Shown: positions 16,904-27,194 of the stretch, in pieces
How the letters are laid out: every line of letters begins with the position of its first letter
Numbering within the stretch: position 1 is the first letter of the stretch
Source of the DNA: Leptolyngbyaceae cyanobacterium
GTDB taxonomy: Bacteria; Cyanobacteriota; Cyanobacteriia; Phormidesmidales; Phormidesmidaceae
NCBI GenBank assembly: GCA_965263355.1
Contig: CBDHHL010000056.1
Coordinates: forward strand, 896,001-960,000
DNA: 64,000 nt
Direction of reading: 5' to 3'
The notes under the pieces: generated by a model
The model's input: the letters and a program-made list of their open reading frames with translations, nothing else
Databases searched by the model: none
What the model was told of the DNA's origin: nothing
Made by a program: the position numbers and the translations under genes

Positions 16904-19900
16904 CTAATCTCCCTCCAGCGCTTTTGCTAATTTTTTACTAATCAAATCATCTAAACTCTCTTCTGATAATGTCCGCAGCTGATCAGAAAGTTCGGGTATT
17001 TCAGATGGGGATTCCACATCAACGCTAGAGACATCAAAATCGGCATGGGAAAGATCAGGATTATTAGCGGCTCCCCATTCTAAAACGTCGACCATAATAT
17101 ACTTGGCCAAACTTAAAATATTAGGATGTTCAAAAATGAGCACAGTCGGCAAGGCTATTGCTAAACTGGCTTCTAACTTGTTTTTGAGCGCTACCGCCAT
17201 AAGGGAATCCATACCCATATCAAAGAATCCGCGATGGGGATCGATCAACGATGCGCCTTCCCGGTGACCAAGTGCTTGCGCAACAGTCCGTTGTAAATAA
17301 AGCACCACCTGCTCTTGGCGCTCATCCATCTGGGGGATTTTCTCTAGCTCTTGCCACAATTCATCTTGCTGCCCCAAATTGATTTGATTATCCCCATGGC
17401 CGATTTCAGTGAGGAGACGCTTACCGGTAGTACTCTCATACAGAGGCTTGAAGATCGACCAGTCCATCTCAGCTACAATCAGGTTGGTTACCGGACCTGA
17501 TGTTGAGCTATTTTGACGATCCGGCAGAATAAATCCGCCTGCTACATCAAGTAAATTCTCAGGTGTGGTGAGATGCAAGCCAATTTGAGTTGTATACTTT
17601 TCACCTTCAGGCGATGCCAACGCCATGCCGCCACCCGCTAAGGCCCCCACATTAACCGTCAGACCAGGTAAATCCAGCTGTTGCCGATAAGTAGCAAAGA
17701 TATCGAGGAAGTAATTGGCAGCGGCATAATGTCCCAACCCCTGGGAACCAAAGATGGGAGACATGGAAGATGTGCAGAAGAAGAAATTCAGATCCAAATC
17801 GAGGGTCAGCTGATGCAGATTCCAGGTGCCCCAAACCTTAGGACGCAGCATTGCTGTTAAATCAGTCTCTGTAATCTCTGGAATGGTCTTTTGCTGTGTT
17901 GCCCCTGCAATGTGAAAAATCCCTTTAATGGGTGGTGCGATCGCTTGCACTGTCTCAATGGCTTCTGCCATCGCCGCTGCATCCGCGACATCAGCCTGCA
18001 AGACCTGAACATTGACACCGTTCTGTTGTAATGTTTCGATCACCTGCAAGGCTCGACCAGAAGGGGCTCGACGACCAGTTAATGCCAGGGACTTAACGCC
18101 CTTACTAGCTAGCCACTGGGCACTTCCCAGGCCGAAGTGTCCCAATCCGCCGGTAATAAGATAGGTCGCATTGGTGCTGAAGGTAATGGCTTCGGGGGGT
18201 ACCTGCGTTTTTGCACTACGAACCAATCGCACGATGTAGCGCTGGCCATTGCGGAACACAATCTGAGCGTCAGCGCTAGGGCTGGAGGGTCTGAGGAGCT
18301 GATGTTGCAGTTGCTGAACGCTCCCAGAGAGCGGAGCCGTACTGTCAAGATCGATGAGTCCACCCCAGAACTGAGGAAATTCAGTGGCAGCAACTCGGCC
18401 TAACCCCCACATGGGCGCTTGGGCAATTGAGCGTGGTGTTATTTCTGCAGCGGTCTCCCCACCGACCGTTTGCACGTCTTCTGTGATAATCCAAAGCTTA
18501 GGAGGAGACGTTGTTGCCAGGTTGGCATTGGGGGTGACTGTGGTGACCGATTGGACTAGATGTAACAGACTGGTGACGGTCAATGCCTGGTCAGCTTGTA
18601 GGCTCGCCAGGGTAGTTTTCTGGCTGGGGGTAACGTCTAAACTCCAGAGGTGAATAATCCCCTTGCAAGGGGGTTTATCCGCCGACAACAATTGTTTGAG
18701 GAGATTATCCATCGCCCTAGGATCGGTTGGGTCCAGGCTGTGAATAGAGGAACGCTCTAGCCCAATGTCAGCAGGCGTGTCGATGATTTCGGATGTTTCA
18801 GCGCCTTGACAATATACCAACTCACAGACATGTCCCTGGTTCTGAAGCTGGGTAGCAAGGGTGGTGCCAAGGTTTTTGCGATCGCAAAAAATAATCCAAC
18901 GCCCCGTTGCCTCTTCCTTTACTCTGTCGTCTGTGGCACCAATATCGTCCAGGGGAGCCAGCTGCCATACCAACTCATACAACCAGTCATGGCCTAACGG
19001 TGGGGTTTGGTCAGAGTCGGCCATGGGGCTAGTCCGTTGCATCTGTAGCCCCAACACTTCAACCGTCACCTCGCCAGCAGCGTTGAAGATACGCACATCC
19101 CCCTGAATCGTATCTTGATTCTCTCCACCGAGCTGTTTTAAGACAGCATGGCTCCACCCTTCTCTCCCCAAAGGTCCATGCACCTCAAAACTATCAATTC
19201 TTGTGGGCAAATAAAGAGAATCTGGCTCCGAGAACCCGTTATCAAGCCCATCATTACCGTCTGGGGGACTACTGCCTCCTAGCGGGGTAAACAATGTAGC
19301 CCCCAACACCTGATGACAAGCATCCAGCACAGGTGCATAGACCTCCAGGGCATTGGTATTTGCCACGATCCCCGCTGGCGTTTTTATCTCAGCCAAAACC
19401 TCCTGGTGCCCCAGCCAAAATTGCTGGATGCCCCGGTAGGTTTCTCCTAGCTGCAGACCGTGCTTTGCCAGGAGCTGATAGAAGTCTGCGCCACTCTGAC
19501 GAGCTTGACAACGGGCACGTACCTCTTCGAGGCTAGCTTTGGCAATACTGGAGTTGCCTACCGACGTAGCGCCTTGACTGGCCGACGACCTGACCAGATT
19601 GTCATAGGCTCCACTGTCTGCCACTGATACCCGTTGGACATCCACCTGACGATACCGTTCTTTTAATTCGTTCAGGTAAGGTAAATGCTCAATCACCGCT
19701 TGCTTACTGGGTCCAAAGTCCAGCAAACAGGCAATCTCATCAACCCCAATCTGATCGAGATCCCTCACCAGCTCCAAACAACTCTCGGGTGTTCCAATTA
19801 GCCCCCTGGAGGTGGCAAAGCGCTCGTACAGGAAATTGACAAATGTATCGAGATCGCGCTCCGACAATGTGGCGAAGTCAATATCTTGTCCTCGACTCTG

Positions 19901-20689
19901 GGCCAACCCCCGCAGTAAGCCAATATTAGATTTGAGATAGTCACAGTAGGGCTTACGGGCCTGTTCGCAGACTGTCGCAAATTCCTCACCGACAAAGGTA
20001 TGTAACATCAGGGAAACAATCCCCGCTTCGGGATCATGACCATGTTTGGCCCGTGCCTGCCGATAGAGGGCAATCTTTTCCGCCAGGGGTTCAATACCCT
20101 GATCGAGTAAATGGGTCAGTAAATTAGCACCGATTTTCCCGGCGTTAGCAAAGGTTTGGGGATTACTCGCTGCGGTGATCCAAATGGGCAGTTGGGGCTG
20201 AATTGGTGTGGGATAAATGCGCACCGTTGTGGGTTGTCCCTTGCCATTGGTAACAGCAATGCTCTCCCCTTGCCAGAGTTGATTTAAGGTGATGATGTTT
20301 TCAAACAACAGCTGATGCCGCTGTTCATAAACCTCTGGACACCAGGCAAAGTCATCGGGGTTCCAGCCCGAGGCCAGGGAAATACCCACCCGACCATTAG
20401 ACAAATTGTCCACCATAGCCCAAGCTTCTGCCAGGGCCAGGGGATGGTGTAATGGCATAACAACGCTGCCTGCCTGCAGCCGAATACGCTCGGTTACCTG
20501 GGACAACGCCGCATTTAAGACCGCTGGATTGGGGTATAAACTCCCAAACTGGGTAAAGTGACGCTCCGGGGTCCAAATGCTGGAAAAGCCGTGCTCATCA
20601 CCAAACTTAGCGCTGTCGATTACCAGACCGTATTTCTCGTCAGCCAGGGCATCTTCAGTGCTGGCAAAAAACATAAGACCAAATTTCAT
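16904..20689 (-). CDS. Luciferase-like flavin monooxygenase (MupA-type LLM) - DH C-terminal half - KR - ACP
   Basis: N-terminal LLM (FGLMFFAS, WTPERHF, LYPNP, SGWNPDDF, LLTHLL, EIACLLDFG); FYQLL..GLQLG..YRGI, LDACHQ and LYLP of the second DH hot-dog; KR GGLGHFG and YAAAN; ACP GMDSL; acidic C-terminal docking helix. Confidence 0.92.
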   Translation of the reverse strand: MKFGLMFFASTEDALADEKYGLVIDSAKFGDEHGFSSIWTPERHFTQFGSLYPNPAVLNAALSQVTERIRLQAGSVVMPLHHPLALAEAWAMVDNLSNGRVGISLASGWNPDDFAWCPEVYEQRHQLLFENIITLNQLWQGESIAVTNGKGQPTTVRIYPTPIQPQLPIWITAASNPQTFANAGKIGANLLTHLLDQGIEPLAEKIALYRQARAKHGHDPEAGIVSLMLHTFVGEEFATVCEQARKPYCDYLKSNIGLLRGLAQSRGQDIDFATLSERDLDTFVNFLYERFATSRGLIGTPESCLELVRDLDQIGVDEIACLLDFGPSKQAVIEHLPYLNELKERYRQVDVQRVSVADSGAYDNLVRSSASQGATSVGNSSIAKASLEEVRARCQARQSGADFYQLLAKHGLQLGETYRGIQQFWLGHQEVLAEIKTPAGIVANTNALEVYAPVLDACHQVLGATLFTPLGGSSPPDGNDGLDNGFSEPDSLYLPTRIDSFEVHGPLGREGWSHAVLKQLGGENQDTIQGDVRIFNAAGEVTVEVLGLQMQRTSPMADSDQTPPLGHDWLYELVWQLAPLDDIGATDDRVKEEATGRWIIFCDRKNLGTTLATQLQNQGHVCELVYCQGAETSEIIDTPADIGLERSSIHSLDPTDPRAMDNLLKQLLSADKPPCKGIIHLWSLDVTPSQKTTLASLQADQALTVTSLLHLVQSVTTVTPNANLATTSPPKLWIITEDVQTVGGETAAEITPRSIAQAPMWGLGRVAATEFPQFWGGLIDLDSTAPLSGSVQQLQHQLLRPSSPSADAQIVFRNGQRYIVRLVRSAKTQVPPEAITFSTNATYLITGGLGHFGLGSAQWLASKGVKSLALTGRRAPSGRALQVIETLQQNGVNVQVLQADVADAAAMAEAIETVQAIAPPIKGIFHIAGATQQKTIPEITETDLTAMLRPKVWGTWNLHQLTLDLDLNFFFCTSSMSPIFGSQGLGHYAAANYFLDIFATYRQQLDLPGLTVNVGALAGGGMALASPEGEKYTTQIGLHLTTPENLLDVAGGFILPDRQNSSTSGPVTNLIVAEMDWSIFKPLYESTTGKRLLTEIGHGDNQINLGQQDELWQELEKIPQMDERQEQVVLYLQRTVAQALGHREGASLIDPHRGFFDMGMDSLMAVALKNKLEASLAIALPTVLIFEHPNILSLAKYIMVDVLEWGAANNPDLSHADFDVSSVDVESPSEIPELSDQLRTLSEESLDDLISKKLAKALEGD

Positions 20690-20693
20690 GTCC

Positions 20694-23600
20694 CTATTTT
20701 CCCCCCTTTACTGCTGTCATCCGTCCGGCAGAGCCATTCCTGGTAGATCTCATTGGCATCTCTCCTGATGATTTAGGGGGACCGGCACCGATGGACTTGC
20801 GCCGACTGACATTGGCATCGGCATACAGCGTCCAATCCTCTGCTGCATCGCCTTGAGTCAGTCGGCAGCTATAGATCTGCAGCTGGCATTGATCGGCTGC
20901 TCGGGGGGTCAAGACCACCTGTACCCGTTGATCCCCCTGGCTGGATAAAAACAGGGGATAGTAAAGCTTGAGGTTGGTAATTTGATTCCAGGGTTCCTGA
21001 AACGCCGCCTGGGTCGCCTCCAGGGCAATTTGCAAATAACCAGTATGGGGCATAATCACCGTGTGCCAGACCTGATGATCCTTAAGCCAGGTGAGATAGG
21101 TGTCATCGACAACAACATCCCAAACATACGCATCAGCCCAGGGAGCCGGAGGAGACAAGCGGTACCCTAAAATTGGGTGGCGCTCTCCAGAATAGAGTGA
21201 TGATTTCCTAATGTCTGGGTCAGATATTGAACTGGCTGCAGAATCACACCAATAGCGCTGTCGCTGGAACGGATAGGTAGGTAGGGCAATTTTTTGACGT
21301 TGGGGTGCATCCGGATAAACACCGTGCCAATTGATTTTCACACCTCTTATGTACAGCTCACCCAGGCTCGTGAGCATTTGTTGCCAGTCATTTTGTCTAG
21401 GTCTTAGGCTAGGCAACCAGGCTTTTCCATCTGCCGGTAAAAACTGTTGCCCCATGCCCAACAAAATCGGCTTTGGTCCACATTCAAGAAAGATATCACA
21501 GGTTTGATGTAGTGACTTGATGCCTGCTGCAAAATTAACGGGAGAAAGGATGTGCTGGCACCAATAGTCAGGGCTGGCAACAGCATCTGTTGCCAGCTGC
21601 CCCGTGATATTGGAAACAAACTTACGTTGGGGCAGAGCGTAACTGACCTGTTGAGCCACTGCCTTAAACTCCGCTAACATGGGTTGCATTAACGAAGAGT
21701 GGAAGGCGTGGGAGACCTGTAGTATTTTATGCTTCACGCCATCCTTATCTAACTGGGTGACAATACCCTGAACAGCAGACTCCGGACCAGAGATAACAGT
21801 ACTGCTGGGGCCATTGATAGCTGCGATCGCAACCGTCTCCTCTCCAGACAATGCAATGGCTGCCCTAACTCGCTCCACTGAGGCCATCAGGGAAACCATC
21901 CCCCCCCCTGATGGTAACTGTTGCATCAATCGACCGCGGGCGGCAATCAGCTTCAGTCCATCCTCCAGACTAAAGACGCCTGCGGCCCAGGCAGCCACAT
22001 ACTCGCCAACACTATGCCCCATAAAGACTGTAGGCTCGATTCCCCATGACTCCCACAGTTGATACAACGCATACTCTAGAGAAAACAATGCAGGCTGCGC
22101 ATAGGCCGTTTGGTGAATCAGCGTTGCCGTATTAGATGAGCCATTACTTGAACTATCACTGGGGTGTTGAGGATACAACACTTGCAACAATGGGATGTCC
22201 AGCCAGGCATCTAGAATCTCACTACACCGATCCAATGCCTGACGAAAAACCGACTGTGTAGCATAGAGTCGTTTACCCATATCTACATACTGGGAACCTT
22301 GTCCCGTAAATAGACAGGCAATTTGGAGAGATTTCTGCAGATTGACACCCCCATTGCTTTTGAGATAGCCAACTGCCTCTTCCTGACAAACAACTGCTTC
22401 GAGTTGCTGAGTTAGCTTCTGAACCGAATCATGCACCAAGGCTAATCGATGATCAAAATGGGACCGCCCCGTATTGGCACTGAAACAAAGATCGACAACA
22501 GAGACGTCAGGATGGTGAAGCAAAAACTCACGATATCGCTGCGCTAAGGCCCGCAATGCACCCTCATCTTTAGCAGAAATTGTCAATAGATGAAGGTCAT
22601 GTTGTAGCACAGAGGCCCCCAAGCTGTTTGTCTGACAATCAGGGCCAGAGCCCGCAAGCTTGGCAATACCAGCTAGTCCAGACAAGACCACATGGGCATT
22701 GGTACCGCCAAACCCAAAGGAACTTATCCCCGCGACCCGACCTGTTTCAAGGGGCCAGTCTGTCAGGGCTGTGGGAATCTTTAAAGGCGTATTCTCTAAC
22801 TTGATATAAGGATTTAGTTGCTTGAAGTGTAAATGGGGGGGAATCCGACCATAGTGCAAAGATAAGACCACTTTAATCAACCCTGCAATACCCGCTGCAG
22901 CTTCTAAATGGCCAATATTGGTTTTGAGAGAGGCAATCCAACAAGCCGAATCCTGCTCTCTCTCCTGCATCAGTACGGTTTTAAGCGCATTCATCTCAAT
23001 GGGATCTCCCAGGGATGTACCGGTGCCGTGTGCCTCTACATAGCTCACCTGGGAAGGTTCTACACTCGCATTGTTAAGTGCCTGACGAATCACATCCTGC
23101 TGGGCGAGGCCATTGGGAGCTGTTAGACCATTACTACAGCCATCCTGGTTAATGGCTGAGCCTAAAATAACCCCGAAAATAGAATCGTTATCTGCGATCG
23201 CGTCTGCCAGACGCTTGAGCACTACCATTCCACACCCTTCCCCTCGCACATAGCCATTGGCATCCGCGTCAAAGGCCTTACAACGGCCATCAGGAGCCAT
23301 CATCTGGGCCAGAGAAAAGGTGGTTGTAAGCTGATGCGTCAGCATTAGATTAACGCCTCCCACAAGGGCCAGGGAACATTCCTCCTGTCGTAGACTTTGA
23401 CAGGCCTGGTGAACCGCCACCAGGGAAGAGGAACAGGCAGTATCGATGGCCAAACTAGGACCCCGAAAATCAAAGGCATAGGAAAGGCGATTGGCTGCAA
23501 TACTCAGGGCATTGCCGGTGCCAACATAGGCATTAAGTTGACTCAAATCATTGAGCTGCAGTTGAGCATAATCTGACGTACTAATGCCGACAAACACCCC

Positions 23601-26105
23601 TGTTTGACTACCTGCCAGATCGGCTGGGGCCAAATTCGCATTTTCTAAAGCTTCCCAGCTCACTTCTAAAAGCAGCCGCTGCTGTGGATCTAAGCTGGTA
23701 GCCTCGCGGGGAGAAATACTGAAGAACTCTGCATCAAACTGATCAACATCACTCAAGAATCCTCCCCATCGACTGGTATTGAGTCCAGCAAGTGCACTGA
23801 CATTCCAACGCTCATCGGGCACTTGAGTAATGGCATCCTGCCCAGTTTGTAGCAATTCCCAGAATGCCTCCGGAGTGGGCGCCCCTGGAAAGCGACAGCC
23901 AACACCAATGATGGCAATCATGTCTGGATCGACCTGAGGGGAACCCAACCCATTTGATGCAGGGGAAGAGGAGGGCACTTGATTTGCCTGGGCTGGGGAG
24001 GACACTGAATCACCAGACAAATATTGCGTCAAATTGGCCAGGGTTGGATAGTCGTAAAGCAATGTAGGGGAAATCTCTTGCCCTAGCCAATCTTGCAACT
24101 GCCCCGATAATCCCACCGCTACCGCAGAACTGAGCCCATAGTGGGCCAAGGGTTCATAAATATCAATCTCATGGGGAGCCACCTGCAATTGTGCCGCCAC
24201 CTGAGCAATTAACCAAGCCTGAATCGTTCCTGCATCGGGAAAATCAAGCACTTTAACGGGCTGCTTTTCCACCTTTGGTAAAGGAACTCGGCTTGTTTCA
24301 CCCAGCTGCCAACTCGCAACAGAATTCAAGCCATCGTTGGCAAATTCAGCTTGACATGTTCGTCGCCTCACCTTGCCGCTGGATGTTTTCGGCAAACTAC
24401 CCGGCTTTAGCAGTTGAACTGCATATAGGGGTAAATCATGGTACTCAGATACAGCCCTGCGCATCTGGCAAAAAATCTCATCAGGAGCCAGTTTGCGCAA
24501 ATAGCGACGCTCCACTTCATGAACCACCACCAGCTGTTCTTGTCCTTCAATTTCAAGTCCAAAAGCGGCCCCACCACCCGCTCGCAGGGCCGAATGACTG
24601 CGCTCAATGGTCAATTCAATATCCTGGGGGTAGTGATTTCGTCCCTGGATAATAATAAGATCCTTAATCCGTCCAGTGACAAAGAGTTCTTTATCTCGAA
24701 AAAAACCTAAATCACCTGTTCGCAAAAATGGTCCTTCTCCGGTGTCTGCAGTAAAGGCTTGAAAGGTCTCTCTTGTCTCCTGAGGGCGTTGCCAATACCC
24801 CTGGGCAACATTGCCACCTGCCACCCAAATTTCACCTACCTGCTCAGGCAAACAGCGGGTTAAATCTTCAGGATTAACAATAATAATCTCTTGCTCTAAC
24901 CAGGTTTGCCCACATCCAACAATCCCTTTACTATAAAGCTGTTTAACAGCTTGATTTTCATCGGCTACAACTACTTGGTTCTGACTTAACGCATCCTCCT
25001 GAACCTCGAAGATCACGGGTGCTTGTGCCTTTAATCCTCCCGAAACCAACAAACTGGTTTCTGCCATACCATAACAAGGATAAAAGGATTGCCAATGAAA
25101 CCCACAGGACTCAAAAGTAGCTGAAAACCTCCGTAAGGTGTCTTCCCGTACGGGCTCTGCGCCACTATATGCTACATCCCAAGAACTCAAGTCTAGGCTC
25201 GCTCGTTGTTCAGCAGTAGTTCTCTGAATACACAACTCATAGGCAAAATTAGGGGCACCACTGGTGGTGGCACGATAGTGGGAAATAGCCTGCAACCACC
25301 GCAACGGTTTTTGTAAAAATGCAACCGGTGGCATTAGAGCACAAGGAATACCTAAATAAAGAGGCTGCAGAACATTACCAATCAATCCCATATCATGATG
25401 TAGGGGAAGCCAACCGACAAAAATAGTCTGATCGGTATGCCCAAAGGCAGCCTCAATCATGCGTTCGTTGTACATCAAATTGGCATGGGTCAGCATGACG
25501 CCTTTTGGAGTACCGGTTGACCCAGATGTGTACTGCAGGAATGCCAATGTTTTTGCAGTGATACCGGCATCTTGCCAGGGGAACACCTGCTCGGTGAGAA
25601 GATCCTTATCAGTCACCAACCATTGAACAGGAGAAGAACACCCAGGAGACACTAAATGCAACTGGAGTTGCGCCAATAACTTGGTGGTTGTAAGGACTAC
25701 ACTAGCATCAGCATCGGCAACAATGGCCTGCAGTCGGATTGCATTCCGGTTAGCCCGAGGAGGATATGCAGGCACAGCAACCAAGCCTGCATAGAGACAA
25801 CCAAAAAAGGCCGCTATAAATTCAAGACTTGACGGATAAACCAGGAGTGCGCGCTCCCCTGGAGTGCAGGTCTGCCGAAGTTGAGCAGCAATGACACGAG
25901 CCTGACAATCCAGCTCTAGATAAGTTAAACGACCCGATTCAGACTCCCCATCTTGGAGAAAAATATAAGCAGTTTGGTGCGGTTGATGCTGGGCTCGATA
26001 GCGCAACAGATCTATCAATGTATCGGAACAAGCTGGCCTGCTCGAACTACATTCCTCATCTAGATAACTCTTGCCTGAATTCGCCCTCATTGATATCTTC
26101 ACCAA
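20694..26105 (-). CDS. Fatty acyl-AMP ligase - ACP - KS - AT - DH N-terminal half (lipo-initiation PKS)
   Basis: FAAL motifs [83 protein letters not shown] and [13 protein letters not shown] (DH catalytic His motif). The ORF ends after the first hot-dog fold. Confidence 0.95.
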   Translation of the reverse strand: MVKISMRANSGKSYLDEECSSSRPACSDTLIDLLRYRAQHQPHQTAYIFLQDGESESGRLTYLELDCQARVIAAQLRQTCTPGERALLVYPSSLEFIAAFFGCLYAGLVAVPAYPPRANRNAIRLQAIVADADASVVLTTTKLLAQLQLHLVSPGCSSPVQWLVTDKDLLTEQVFPWQDAGITAKTLAFLQYTSGSTGTPKGVMLTHANLMYNERMIEAAFGHTDQTIFVGWLPLHHDMGLIGNVLQPLYLGIPCALMPPVAFLQKPLRWLQAISHYRATTSGAPNFAYELCIQRTTAEQRASLDLSSWDVAYSGAEPVREDTLRRFSATFESCGFHWQSFYPCYGMAETSLLVSGGLKAQAPVIFEVQEDALSQNQVVVADENQAVKQLYSKGIVGCGQTWLEQEIIIVNPEDLTRCLPEQVGEIWVAGGNVAQGYWQRPQETRETFQAFTADTGEGPFLRTGDLGFFRDKELFVTGRIKDLIIIQGRNHYPQDIELTIERSHSALRAGGGAAFGLEIEGQEQLVVVHEVERRYLRKLAPDEIFCQMRRAVSEYHDLPLYAVQLLKPGSLPKTSSGKVRRRTCQAEFANDGLNSVASWQLGETSRVPLPKVEKQPVKVLDFPDAGTIQAWLIAQVAAQLQVAPHEIDIYEPLAHYGLSSAVAVGLSGQLQDWLGQEISPTLLYDYPTLANLTQYLSGDSVSSPAQANQVPSSSPASNGLGSPQVDPDMIAIIGVGCRFPGAPTPEAFWELLQTGQDAITQVPDERWNVSALAGLNTSRWGGFLSDVDQFDAEFFSISPREATSLDPQQRLLLEVSWEALENANLAPADLAGSQTGVFVGISTSDYAQLQLNDLSQLNAYVGTGNALSIAANRLSYAFDFRGPSLAIDTACSSSLVAVHQACQSLRQEECSLALVGGVNLMLTHQLTTTFSLAQMMAPDGRCKAFDADANGYVRGEGCGMVVLKRLADAIADNDSIFGVILGSAINQDGCSNGLTAPNGLAQQDVIRQALNNASVEPSQVSYVEAHGTGTSLGDPIEMNALKTVLMQEREQDSACWIASLKTNIGHLEAAAGIAGLIKVVLSLHYGRIPPHLHFKQLNPYIKLENTPLKIPTALTDWPLETGRVAGISSFGFGGTNAHVVLSGLAGIAKLAGSGPDCQTNSLGASVLQHDLHLLTISAKDEGALRALAQRYREFLLHHPDVSVVDLCFSANTGRSHFDHRLALVHDSVQKLTQQLEAVVCQEEAVGYLKSNGGVNLQKSLQIACLFTGQGSQYVDMGKRLYATQSVFRQALDRCSEILDAWLDIPLLQVLYPQHPSDSSSNGSSNTATLIHQTAYAQPALFSLEYALYQLWESWGIEPTVFMGHSVGEYVAAWAAGVFSLEDGLKLIAARGRLMQQLPSGGGMVSLMASVERVRAAIALSGEETVAIAAINGPSSTVISGPESAVQGIVTQLDKDGVKHKILQVSHAFHSSLMQPMLAEFKAVAQQVSYALPQRKFVSNITGQLATDAVASPDYWCQHILSPVNFAAGIKSLHQTCDIFLECGPKPILLGMGQQFLPADGKAWLPSLRPRQNDWQQMLTSLGELYIRGVKINWHGVYPDAPQRQKIALPTYPFQRQRYWCDSAASSISDPDIRKSSLYSGERHPILGYRLSPPAPWADAYVWDVVVDDTYLTWLKDHQVWHTVIMPHTGYLQIALEATQAAFQEPWNQITNLKLYYPLFLSSQGDQRVQVVLTPRAADQCQLQIYSCRLTQGDAAEDWTLYADANVSRRKSIGAGPPKSSGEMPMRSTRNGSAGRMTAVKGGK

Positions 26106-26409
26106 TAAAAATTTTCACGAAGCCTGGTCAAGCCAAATACTCAATAAACCCTTCAATTAAAGTGTTATACCCCAACACTACGTCAAAAAACAGGGCACAC
26201 TTCTTATCTCAAATCATTTCAGAAAAGAGAAACACGCGTCTAGAAATATCACCAGACAATCACAGCAGCCAAAGAATTCCTACAGAATGCTATATCCAGG
26301 AGAATACAGCATTAATACACTTTCAATCAACTGCCCAGAACACACTTCGAGCAAAACATTTAATACCCCTACAACTACCCCAATACCTGAGCAGCCTAGG
26401 ACAGAACAT

Positions 26410-26449
26410 TAGGGACTCTAATACATAACTAGGGACTCTAATACATAAT
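26410..26449. repeat. 20-bp tandem duplication in the divergent promoter region
   Basis: tagggactctaatacataac followed directly by tagggactctaatacataat (19/20 identical). Confidence 0.85.
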
Positions 26450-26677
26450 TAATGTCATAATTCGATAACTGCAGAAACCTTACCCAAGGGCTCGACAGTA
26501 ATAACTATTATTTTTAAGTCCTGCTCTGCCAAATTCTATCAAGAATTACATGACTTTGCCTCCTAAATTTCATCATGATGTCTAATACATTCGCTCTTAT
26601 TACAAGCTACTCATTGAATCACAGCTTTGGGTACTGAATTACGACGTAACAGTGCTTGGAAAAGGCGAGTTTAGGCC

Positions 26678-26710
26678 ATTAAAGCAGTGAAAAGTAAAAA
26701 ACTGGTAAAA
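26678..26710 (-). promoter_or_regulatory. Second copy of the 33-bp cluster element
   Basis: 30/33 identical to 13575-13607; lies in the ~1.1-kb AT-rich divergent intergenic region. Confidence 0.6.
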
Positions 26711-27194
26711 TCTGGCCCAAATTATCGTGGGATTACAAACAAATGTGCCCCTCACGGAGTTGCCTAAAGGGTATTCATATAATAAATTCATAGCCCTCAT
26801 CGTTAACGACACTCAATGTTCTTAGCCAGACTGCTTGTATTTTATTATTGTGGCAACCTGCACAGGTGTGATATTGTGGCTGCGGGTTCTGAGTTCGAGT
26901 AACGCAGCGTGTTCTCAAATACTATCTAATGAATGTGTTTTTTGGAGTGCATTGTATAAAGATGGTGTTGATTCAGGAAAATTTTGCTAGGCAGCTATTC
27001 TTTCTGTGAAATTGCTGTTCTGATTAAAGCGAGTTTTTTGGGCAACAAGTTCCTGTAAATGCCTTTTGTAGCTTTTGGGGTGTTTTCACAAGATGTTATT
27101 GAGTTTTCACTTGTGAAATCAGTTAATTAACTACCAATGTTGCGAAGCAGGCTGATTGAGTCTTTCGCTTGATTTTTGTGCATTTATTACGTAA

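Noticed and set aside
541..24710. Many 60-130 aa ORFs overlapping the PKS/NRPS genes on either strand
   Set aside because: Shadow ORFs inside long motif-rich genes, with no recognisable domains.
1..26105. Calling the cluster microcystin/nodularin, microginin or puwainaphycin
   Set aside because: It shares parts (aminotransferase, racemase, LLM, FAAL), but has no methyltransferases and a different domain order and A-domain codes, so no mcy/mic/puw gene symbols were assigned.
26018..26428. 136-aa + strand ORF in the divergent region
   Set aside because: It overlaps the FAAL start antisense, has low-information composition and no motif, and ends in the tandem repeat.
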